Shown here: positions 22,411 through 32,535 of the stretch, piece after piece | Layout: every line of letters starts with the position of its first letter | How positions within the stretch are numbered: position 1 is the stretch's first letter | Origin: Octopus sinensis | Taxonomy: Eukaryota | Reading direction: 5' to 3' | DNA length: 32,535 nucleotides | NCBI RefSeq assembly: GCF_006345805.1 | Contig: NW_021832463.1 | Coordinates: forward strand, 1-32,535 | The notes under the pieces: generated by a model | Seen by the model: the letters and a program-made list of their open reading frames with translations, nothing else | Told to the model about the DNA's origin: nothing | Database searches by the model: none | Translations under genes and position numbers: made by a program

Positions 22411-22415
<5 letters not shown>

Positions 22416-22466
<51 letters not shown>

Positions 22467-22483
22467 AAGAGAGAGAGTGAGAA

Positions 22484-22530
<47 letters not shown>
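22416..22530. repeat. (GA)n microsatellite
   Basis: Direct reading. Confidence 0.95.
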
Positions 22531-22688
22531 AGGGAAGGGAGCGAGGTGGGGTGGAATGAAAGGAAGATGTAAAAATATAGAATGACTTTTTCATCACCTT
22601 TGAATGAAAACATGAAGAATTCAGTGTCGAAACACGAATGAAATATGATTTCTATTCATCGTCAGCCAGTTTTAAAAAACTACTACTA

Positions 22689-22726
<38 letters not shown>

Positions 22727-22982
22727 ACTACTACTACTGCTACTAATACTACTACTTCTAATAATAATAATACTACCAAGCACCAGCATCACAACCATCA
22801 CCATCACCACCACCATCACAATCTGCATAACCACCAACGGTATTGCTATCACTACGACTAAATACCACTTGTACTACCTCCAGCATAACCACTAATAACA
22901 ATAACATCATCATCATCATCATCATCATCACAACCATCATCACCAGGTATAACCAAGACTAACACCCTGAGATTCAGCACCG

Positions 22983-23422
22983 AAATGACATGAGCCACCC
23001 TTAGCCACCCCAAAAGCAGGTCTTAACCCTAAAAAAGTATTGCTTTGTGTCTGGTGGGATTGGAAAGGAATTCTGTACCATGAGCTTCTCCCAAGTAACC
23101 AGACAATTAATTCTGAGAAATACTGCACACGACTGGACGAGTTGAAAGCAGCAATTCAAGAGAAACGTCCAGAATTGGCCAACAGGAAGGGTGTTGTTTT
23201 TCAACAAGATAATGCAGGATCGCACGTTTCTTTGGGAACCAGACAAAAATTACTAGGATGTGTTACCCAACCCTCCATATTCACCAATATTGGTCCTTCG
23301 GATTTCCACTTGTTCAGGTCTCTGCAATAGACTTAATGATAAAAATTGCAATTGCTTGCATGACGTAAAAAGAAATCTTGATGAATTCTTTGCCATGAAA
23401 CTACCTCAATTCTGGAAAGAGG
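22983..23422 (+). mobile_element. mariner (DD34D) transposase fragment, frameshifted
   Basis: TPKAGLNPKKVLLCVWWDWKGILYHELLPSNQTINSEKYC..LDELKAAIQEKRPELANRKGVVFQQDNA..H...TRQKLL / DVLPNPPYSP / IGPSDFHLFRSLQ / ...FFAMK..QFWKE; no TIRs seen. Confidence 0.93.
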
Positions 23423-23714
23423 TCCATCATATATATATATATAGATAGATACTTAGTATGTCCTTTGACTAATTTCAATCCTACAGCTATTTAATGCTTT
23501 TTGAGGGGGCCTGCAATCGCCTATATTATTGATCCCGTTATTATCATTTTTAAATTGTTAGTAGATAATAACAGAGTTAATGATAACTTCACAAATTATG
23601 TTCTCGAGAATTATTTTTATTCTCGCGAATTATTTGATCCATATATATATGTGTGTGTGTGTATGTGCGTGTGTGTGCGAGTGTGTGTGCGAGAGTGTAT
23701 GCGTTTGTGTGTAC

Positions 23715-23747
<33 letters not shown>

Positions 23748-23770
23748 TTATATATCATATATATACATAT

Positions 23771-23801
<31 letters not shown>

Positions 23802-24357
23802 CATATATACATATATTTTCTATACATAATGTTGTCATAATATAATACTTTAATCAATGGATATGGCATAGCTGTGTCGTTTTTCACGATTAACCTATAA
23901 AATGGCAAGGGGAGACAAGTGGGTAATTCAGCAGAGGCACCTATGTCCTAATCTACATCTCTAGTGTTGCATATTTATTATATTCGTACTTACAAAGTCT
24001 AAGAATGGCAGAGAGACTATAAAGAGTTTGAAAGACAAGAAAAAGCAAAAAAGAAAACCATATGCTTATTAGTGAAGTATCGAGTGTACTACACTTCTAG
24101 AATGTCTGAGATGAAGAAAATAGATGGTTCTTACTTTTGGTTCGTGATATATTTCTTTGTGACTGTATGTAATATATGTGTCACTATGTTTTCTTTTTTA
24201 CTTCTTAAGACGAAAATTTTTCAAGAAAATCGTTGGTAAAAATGATGTGATTCAAACAGCCATTTATCTTTACTCGAATACAGCAAATTCTTGTTCAACT
24301 CTGGCAGGTCTTTCTTTAACTGGTAAACAGTAGATTGTTATAAATATGTTTCGCGAA

Positions 24358-24382
24358 GATAATAATAATAATAATGATGATG

Positions 24383-24422
<40 letters not shown>

Positions 24423-24805
24423 TGATGATGATGTTGATGCTAATAATAATAATAATAATAATAATAACAATAATAGTAATAATGATAATGATGGTGATGA
24501 TGATGATGATAAATAAAATAATAATAATAATAATAATGATGATAATGATGCTAATAATAATAATAATAACAATAATAATAATAATAGTAATAATGATAAT
24601 GATGGTGATGATGATGAAGATGATAATAATAATAATAATAATAAAAATAATGATGATGATGATGATGATGAGGATAATAATAATAATAATTATAATAATA
24701 ATAATAATAACAATAATAATAATAATGATGGTGATGATGATGATGATGATAATAATAATAATAATAATAATAAAAATAACGATGATGATGATGAGGATGA
24801 TGATG

Positions 24806-24842
<37 letters not shown>

Positions 24843-24868
24843 TAATAATAATAATAATAATAATAAAT

Positions 24869-24903
<35 letters not shown>

Positions 24904-24917
24904 AATAATAATAATAA
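24358..24917. repeat. Compound (AAT)n/(GAT)n microsatellite
   Basis: Direct reading; source of the poly-I/M ORFs. Confidence 0.97.
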
Positions 24918-25502
24918 CAACCAACATCACGGTATTGGATACTGTGCGATGTCTTAATAATAATAAGCAGAAGAAGAAGAAGAAGAAGAAATAAATAAAT
25001 AGAGAAAGAAAGAAAGAAAGAAAGAAAGAAAAGAAGAGATAAAAAGAAGACATTGTACAGTAGAGAGGTAATATGTTACAGTGGAACTAAAGTAGCAAAG
25101 TAATGAAGAAAAAAAAATTAAAAAGAATGAAAAAAAAAAAAAGAAATTTAACTAAATGACTTAATTTTACATTCCAATAAGTCATAATTATTATCGAATA
25201 TTTTAACAAAAGCCAGATGTGTTAAATTGAAATAAAGCTATTAAAATGGCATTGATATAAGAGATGGAATTAAAATGTATACGAAAAGAAATATGATCAG
25301 CTGCTTTTAGAAACGGTAGAAACGTGATTTGCAACTAACTTTATTTATTTTGTTACTGGAGATTCAAAATAGTCAAAGTTAGTTAACTCTGACCGTTAGA
25401 ATCAAGCACCGAATTTATCTGGTCCGGATTATTCTCTGTATAGTGTTTTAATTGAAGAGAAATAACATTTTCTTGTGTTCCTTTGTACAGTCGCTAGTTT
25501 CT

Positions 25503-25686
25503 GCACGCATTTTTTTTCTCTCCTTGTTTCTCTCCGTGTTTTTTTTCTGTGTATCTTTCTGTTGAAGAGCGTAGTGTCGAAACGTAAAAGACTTGTTTTA
25601 TTTATATTCCTGAGCGCCATACTAATACAATTGTTTGTTTGTATTCCACCTGCCTTCGTCTTTTGTTTATTTTCATAAAGCTTCCC
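25503..25686 (+). mobile_element. HHR-like repeat family H-B; motif at 25554-25591 (core CUGUUGA)
   Basis: tcttt-CTGTTGA-A-gagc gtag tgtc-GAA-ACGT-A-aaaga; helix I is perfect and helix II is damaged. Confidence 0.72.
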
Positions 25687-25706
25687 GTAATATATGTAGC
25701 ATATGC

Positions 25707-26315
25707 AAGGCGGCGAGCTGGCACAGACGTTAGCAAGCCGGGCGAAATGTCTTAGCGGTATTTCGTCTGCCGTTACGTTCTGAGTTCAAATTCTACCGAG
25801 GTCGACTTTGCCTTTAATCCTTTCAGGGTCGATTAAATAAGTACCAGTTACGCACTGGGGTCGATATAATCGATTTAATCTTTTTGTCTGTCCTTGTTTG
25901 TCCTCTATGTGTTTAGCCCCTTGTGGGTAGTAAAGAAATAGAAATAGGTATTTCGTTTGCCTTTAAGTTCTGACGTTCTGAGTTCAAATTCCGCCGAGGT
26001 TGACTTTGCCTTTCATCCTTTCGGGGTCGATTAAATAAGTACCAGTTACGCACTGGGGTCGATATAATCGACTTAATCCGTTTGTCTGTCCTTGTTTGTC
26101 CTCTCTGTGTTTATCCCCTTGTGGGTTGCAGAGAAATAGGTATTTCGCTTGCCTTTGTGTTCTGTGTTCAAATTCTGCCGCGGTCGACTTTGACTTTCTT
26201 CCTTTCGTGGTCGATAAAGTTGACTAATTAAGTACCAGTTTGCGTACTGCTGTCGGTCTAAGAGACTGGCCCTTCACCTAAAATTGCGACCCTTGTGCCT
26301 AGAGAAGAAACGAAT
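25707..26315 (+). mobile_element. SINE family A: head plus three tandem units, the last with the alternative 3' tail
   Basis: Head aaggcggcgagctggc; junction gaaataggtatttcg near 25947 and 26139. Confidence 0.92.
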
Positions 26316-26819
26316 ATATAACATATATATTTGTGCATGTGTGTATGTGTGTGTGTGTCTGTCTATATATATATATAAATATATATAAGGAAAAACAAGA
26401 ACACAAAGAAAATCCTTTAACTCATCTTTAGTTATAAGGTACATGTGTTTCCGTATCATCTCCATTTGCAACACCAGATTGAAAAAATCATGTAATATTT
26501 TCGGTTTTAGACATTGGAGAGGCACTTCGTCAGACTTACATCAATAGTGTGCTCTGGAAATACCCGAACTTCACGCCCAACCTGACCATAGCCATTTGCT
26601 ATATATATATATATATATATATTATAGATAGATACATATATTACCGTGAAAGCGCACCTCGTGGGGGACATTGGGGCTAGCTCCTACGAAAGGATAGTTG
26701 GGCCTGGAATCAAAAGCTAAAGAGAGCTAAATAGTATGACTATAATACATCTATAATGACTATAATGCCCTGGTGGTGCTTGAATCAGAGGTTAAGGACA
26801 GATTGGTATTAATTCTCTA

Positions 26820-27075
26820 CTACAACCATTTTATTCTGCCAGTCCCAAGTGGAATTGCAACTCTTGGCCAATTTTTCCATAAGCTCTTATCTCTTATTTC
26901 GACCTGATGTTTGCAATCTTTGTTAAGGTCATGCCCCAAGACTTGACCTGAAGCGGACTGGACAATGGTATTCGGCGTCTTAAAAGCCTGATACAAAGAG
27001 AATAATGCTTCTTCGGTGTTTGAGACCGAGAAGACCTTACGATGCTTGGTTGCCGCCCAGTTGCAACACAAAGAT
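26820..27075 (-). mobile_element. Possible decayed RTE-type LINE 3' end
   Basis: Across frames, NWA...TPK.ALFSL..GF.RRR...SW...LNKDCK...RDKSLWKNW loosely resembles RTE C-termini. Confidence 0.35.
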
Positions 27076-27867
27076 GAAACACATCTCATCATACTTACAT
27101 ACACAACACACACACATACACATACACACACACACACGCACGCACGTACGCACAAACAAATGCACACACATACACATATCACGTAATATCAGCCCGGGGT
27201 CAGAATAAATATTCTCCTGTCGCTAGAAATGTATCTGCCTTTATAGATGCCAGTATCAAACAGAGCTGCTGTAGTCTCGGACCTCTTAAATCAGCCATTA
27301 AAATGCACATACCGTAGTAGACTCCATTGGTGAATTATTACTTAGAAACACTATGCGGGCGTGTGTTTAGAATACATCGGCTGTTTTTCCCTTTTTGATA
27401 ACCTTACATCTTATACCTACAACACACACACACAGAAAGAAAGAAAGAAAGAAAGAAGGAGAAAGAAAGAGAGGAAAAGAGAGAGAGAGAGAGAGTGAGT
27501 CATGCTTTTTAAATATATTACGTTCACGTAAACTCACCATATTCGTATGTCTCGTAAGAGTTTAGAATTCATTTACAGAATGTTTCAGACGCTGATTAGT
27601 ACGCAAGACGTGTTTACCATTTTCCGGATTGAACTAATCGTATTATCTAATTTCAATAATTCTTTACAGGATGGCATGAACGTTCAACAGTCTTATTTCC
27701 TTCTACTATAAACATGGGTATTTTCGGTTATATAAGCAACCGATAGAAGTGACAATAGTTTGAAAGGCAAATATTGAAAGGAGCAAATGTGAGATAGAGT
27801 TTTTAGGGATTCTCATTTTGCGTTTGCGGCTTCTAGAGTTTGAGAGTTTAAAGACACAACCTCAGAT

Positions 27868-27889
27868 TTATCTGTCTATCTATCGATCC

Positions 27890-27969
<80 letters not shown>

Positions 27970-28108
27970 GTCTCTTTATATATGTATCTATCTATCTATC
28001 TTTCTATCTCTCTGCTCACCTGTCTGTCTAAGTGCCTGTGTATATATACATATATATATACATATATTTGTATATTATATAATATATATTATATAATATA
28101 TATATATA

Positions 28109-28145
<37 letters not shown>

Positions 28146-28339
28146 TGTGTATATATTATATATATTTATGTATAGTCGTAGGAGTGGCTGTGTAGTAAGA
28201 AGTTTGCTTCCACCACATGGCTACGGTTTCAGTCCGCACTGCGTGGCATCTTAGATATCTTCTACTGTATCCTTGGAGCTACCAAAACCTTGTGAGTCGA
28301 TTTGGTAAAGGAAGCTGAAAGACGTCCGTCGTATAATAT

Positions 28340-28381
<42 letters not shown>

Positions 28382-28396
28382 TATATATATACATAC

Positions 28397-28442
<46 letters not shown>

Positions 28443-28473
28443 TATATGTATATATATATATATATATATATAA

Positions 28474-28531
<58 letters not shown>

Positions 28532-28610
28532 TGTATATATATGTATAAGTTATATATATACACATACACATACCCACATGTATATTGTATGCATGCATGT
28601 ATGTATGTGT
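27868..28610. repeat. (TCTA)n and (TA)n microsatellites containing a decayed family-B SINE 5' half (28175-28333, +)
   Basis: ggagtggctgtgtagtaag...gagtcgatttggtaaagg. Another decayed family-B half lies on the minus strand at about 28620-28760. Confidence 0.85.
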
Positions 28611-28875
28611 ACAACATTTTCCATTCAGTTTCCGTCTTGAAAATCTCAATACTGTCTTCGTCTGCGGTTAAAATAATTCCAAAGTGCCAGGCAGCGGGAC
28701 CGAACTCGGAACAATGTTGTTTGCAAGCGAACTTCACTCGGCACAGCTAAGTCTACGCCTAAAATCTTAAGTTCCACTTAGTTTGGAACCCACGACAATT
28801 TTCGTCTTACGCAGAGGTGATTAACACAATACACATGCATACGCACAGACGCATATATATACATATACATATATA

Positions 28876-29177
28876 TCACCGTGATCACCGTGACGACCAG
28901 GCTATCAGATGTTGTTACACATCGCTGGTCACAATGCGTTCGCATTGTTTTAGCCTTCGAATGACGCCACTCCGCTGGCTAAGCGAGCAGGCCAACAGAA
29001 GAAAGAGTGAGAGAAAGAGTGGTGAAAGAGTACAGCAGGGATCACCACCCCCTTCCGGAGCCTCGTGGAGCTTTTAGGTGTTTTCGCTCAATAAACACCA
29101 CAACGCCCGGTCTGGGAATCGAAACCGCAATCCTACGACCGCGAGTCCGCTGCCCTAACCACCGGCCATTGCGCCCC
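28876..29177 (-). mobile_element. SINE family C, full length
   Basis: Reverse complement of 7835-8143 with scattered substitutions. Confidence 0.92.
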
Positions 29178-29220
29178 CCCCCAAATGTTATATATAATAT
29201 ATATATATATATATACATAC

Positions 29221-29288
<68 letters not shown>

Positions 29289-29976
29289 TGTATATCACAT
29301 ACACTCACGTATTTGTATGCGCGTGTCCGTGTCTGTGTGTGCGAATTTAGAGGCGTGTATTCCGGTTAAACCGCGTTGAGTACTTAATGTTCAGTGAATA
29401 TGGTCATTAAAGACAAAGCGCAGGACGTTATGCGCTGCCATCTTGATTAATTTGGAACATTATGAATTCTGGCACAGATTGCCAGATATCGATAATGATA
29501 TACTGATAATTATAATAATCAATAATATAGTTAGTTAATGCGACAAAATTGTCAGAATCTGGTACAATTATTAGCTGTCTGACCATTAAATATACATAAG
29601 CTACCTGGTAGTGCTTTTATTTATAAAGTTGGTGTGTGTTGCTCCACGTATATTAGGTCAGACTTCATAATCATCGTCATGGCTGTCAACACAGCAAATA
29701 CACGTCACTATCAAGAGTCGGACCTCTCTCTCTTTCTTTCTCTTTCTTTCTCTTTCTCTCCCTTTCTCCCCCTTTCTCTACCAAATCCATTCACAAGACG
29801 TTGAGCAGCTAAGGTTATAGTAGACGACAGCTGCTCAAGACGCCATGTAGGTTGAAGCATACTTCATACCACTCAGCCATACCTGCGAATTGGTATCTAT
29901 CTGTCTATACTTATTAATAACCGTAAATACATTATTTACATTTGACAGATATTTGTCCTCATCTTGTTTGTTGTTA

Positions 29977-30020
29977 ACACAACGTTTCGACTGATGTACC
30001 CTCCAGCCTTCATTAGGTGT
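29977..30020 (-). ncRNA. Type I hammerhead motif (G5A-damaged); sister copy at 30717-30760 (+, G8A-damaged)
   Basis: acac-CTAATGA-A-ggctg gagggtacat cagtc-GAA-ACGT-T-gtgt; the two copies together give a CTGATGA consensus. Confidence 0.75.
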
Positions 30021-30068
30021 ATTGGGGAAATTTCGAACCCTGGTTCTCATTCCTAAGGTATTTTTCGA

Positions 30069-30140
<72 letters not shown>

Positions 30141-30257
30141 AATTGTTACTATTATTAAGGTCACTGCCTGGAATCGGACTGGGAATCTTGCCACATGCAT
30201 GTAGTTAAGAGCCCAAGCTACGAACCCCAAGATTCCGAGTTCGATTCCAGATAGTGA

Positions 30258-30324
<67 letters not shown>

Positions 30325-30328
30325 AATA

Positions 30329-30609
30329 AGGATACCAGGAAACCCCAAAAGGGCAGAAATTCAAAAGATAGTGCTCATGGGAACTGCTCATATCCTACGC
30401 AAACTACTCTCTATGTAATCCCAAGGTTTAAAACAAACTTTTTTTTTATTTATTTATTTTTTTTTAAGTATTAGACATTCACTAGTACAACACCAAAAAA
30501 AAAAAAAAACCCAAATATATGGCACAGAACTTCCAACCTGTTGTCTCTTGAGGTCTCTGGGTGAGACTTGGAGCCAACTTGTACAGACATTAAGCAAAAG
30601 TCAAACATA

Positions 30610-30610
<1 letters not shown>
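30329..30610 (+). mobile_element. 5'-truncated R4/Dong-like LINE 3' end inserted in (TAA)n
   Basis: IPGNPKRAEIQKIVLMGTAHILRKLLSM* (30332-30418) plus a 3' UTR; (AAT)n on both sides. Confidence 0.82.
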
Positions 30611-30663
<53 letters not shown>

Positions 30664-31320
30664 CAACATCGAAACATACCTTAGAGATTATAACCCAGGT
30701 TCGAAATTTCCCCAAGAAACCTGATAATGCCTGGAGGGTACATCAGCCGAAATGTTGTATTAACAATAAACATGATGAGGACAAATATATGTCAAATGTA
30801 AATAATATAAATAATGTACATAATTCTTCATCTCTTAAATATAGAACCGTAAATTCATTTTACGCTTTTTCTATATAATCGAAACTGGTGATTTCAACTT
30901 TGTTTCGGAAGTTGAGTGACTACACGACATTGATGAACAACAAACTGTTCGAAAGGACTTTGTCTGTCGCTCGCGTTCACTTCCGGGTCTGGGTTGGTTT
31001 CGTTTCGCCAAGGTTTAAAGTAGGGTCCGTATTTTTCTTCTTTAAGTTTATATCACTCCAATGATACTCATCGTGGTGAAAATATCTCATCTATTTGCGC
31101 TCAACAACACTCATACATTAAGCGCATGCAATTGATAATGTTTATATTACTGAGCTACTCTTAACAAAACATTTGTACACACACACACACCTATGAAAAT
31201 CGGAGTTTTATTACGGCAACCAAATTATTGTCGCATATTATATTACAGATAAATTCCTCTTTTCACATAATATCGAGGTCTCATTCATTCTTTTGCTGTC
31301 ATTCCATTACTATTGATATA

Positions 31321-31363
<43 letters not shown>

Positions 31364-31398
31364 CTATATATAATCTGTAAGTATAATATGGGACAATT

Positions 31399-31587
31399 TA
31401 TCGGTAGTCATGATAAAACGCCGAGTTTCGGATGTCGGGGCGGAAATCCATGCCGGCATCTCTTCAGTTATCGGGCAATAGAAAAAGAGAAACCAGTTTT
31501 TTTTTGATGGCCCAGTAACTGAAGAGATATCGGCGTGGGTTTCCGCCCCGACATCCGAAACAAGGAGTTTTATCATGACTACCGATA
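31399..31587. mobile_element. Inverted pair of HHR-bearing fragments (HHR at 31412-31472 minus and 31514-31574 plus)
   Basis: The arms are reverse complements. Consensus gataa-CTGAAGA-gatgtcgg...ccgacatc c-GAA-actcggagT-T-ttatc. Confidence 0.75.
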
Positions 31588-31910
31588 TATATTTATTTAT
31601 TTATTTATTTATGAGTATATATACGTCATTTATGGATGAACCAGGCTACCATTGCTTTCATGTTAAGCGAGGTAGATTTCCTTACGTTTATCAAGCCAAT
31701 CGAATCGGACGTTGATGTTTTTCCCCGTCTTCGATGAAAATAAATTACAGATGGAGACGGATATCAGCTTCTTTTGCAATAGGCTTGATAGATAATTGTA
31801 AAGACATGTAACTCTTTCAGCATGAACCCAATGGTAGTCTCCTAAACGCACAGATGATATTTGTCCACCAATGCGGTGTACAGTACTCACCCTTAAAACT
31901 AGCTATTAAC

Positions 31911-31925
31911 GTATGTGTGTATATA

Positions 31926-31961
<36 letters not shown>

Positions 31962-32110
31962 TAGATAGATAGATATATGTATATATATGTATGTGTAGAT
32001 GTAATAGATGTAATGTATATATATACATATATATATACATATATATATACACTTATGTATATATATATATATATATATATACATACATATATATATATGC
32101 ACACACACAC
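31911..32110. repeat. (TA)n/(GATA)n microsatellite
   Basis: Direct reading. Confidence 0.95.
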
Positions 32111-32535
32111 GTATTGATTTATTTGTATTTATATTTGTTTATGTTTACAAGAGCCTCGGAGGTAAAATTTTGCATCGAGCAGCTGCGCTTATAAAGCAAT
32201 ATTTTAGGACGAAAGAAAGACACGCTCGCTAAAAAGACGTTATAACAAAAGAACATATTGATATATTCGTAATGTCTTCGTCAACACATTTTTTGCTTAA
32301 CGTTGATTAATTACAAGGCATTATATCGCAAAATGCAAAATTGTGCATCTCGTAGCTTCTTGTTTCTGCCTCAAATTTGTATTTCTTAAGTATCTAATTA
32401 TATAACATGCAGCTAGCAAATTTAAAGGCGCCATTCTGTTCCCTTGGCAACGGGAAATACCACATTTCCAGAAAATTCATTGTCATATGAACCATTGTTT
32501 TTATAGTTATACTTTTTATCTTCAATCTGTTATTT

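Larger units (their letters stand above)
29929..30844 (+). mobile_element. tRNA-headed, HHR-bearing SINE-like element with inverted 5' copy and 10-bp TSD
   Basis: The minus copy at 29929-30190 mirrors the plus copy at 30197-30844. Head: tagttaagagc..gctacgaacc..gagttcgattcc, then (AAT)n, then HHR. TSD aaccgtaaat at 29919-29928 and 30845-30854. Confidence 0.82.

Noticed and set aside
26430-26540. Minus-strand ctgacgaa...cgaaaatatt and gaaacacatgta hammerhead-like pieces
   Set aside because: Helices I and II do not pair convincingly. Possibly a decayed relic, but not counted.
31660-31905. Possible Helitron end (..aaactag) or exon
   Set aside because: No subterminal hairpin and no recognisable coding similarity.
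343-32194. Most ORFs in the supplied track (YIYI, LSIY, poly-I/L/S/M/T, VCVC)
   Set aside because: They are translations of microsatellites or SINEs, with no domain content or splice support.

Overview
This is AT-rich, microsatellite-dense, non-coding animal DNA. The SINE families look like those of octopus or another coleoid cephalopod (inferred from sequence recall, not from a search). I found no host protein-coding exon; nearly all supplied ORFs are translations of microsatellites or repeats. The window is a mosaic of four kinds of sequence. (1) Four tRNA-derived SINE families, one of which forms 184-bp head-to-tail multimers. (2) Decayed transposase and LINE fragments: maT DD37D, mariner DD34D, a CR1-type 3' end, R4/Dong pieces in (TAA)n, and a possible RTE tail. 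(3) A near-identical tandem duplication of about 1.59 kb. (4) About 12 type I hammerhead-ribozyme (HHR) motifs from about 7 short non-coding repeat families of the Penelope/retrozyme type. The most striking element is at 10898-11599: a 360-nt, highly base-paired, terminally redundant monomer with an HHR at the tip of a ~55-bp rod, preceded by an inverted copy and flanked by a 13-bp TSD. It is a candidate circular-RNA retrozyme. A second element (29919-30854) joins a tRNA-like Pol III head to an HHR and has the same inversion-plus-TSD architecture. Non-canonical HHR cores (U4C, A6U) recur in several copies.
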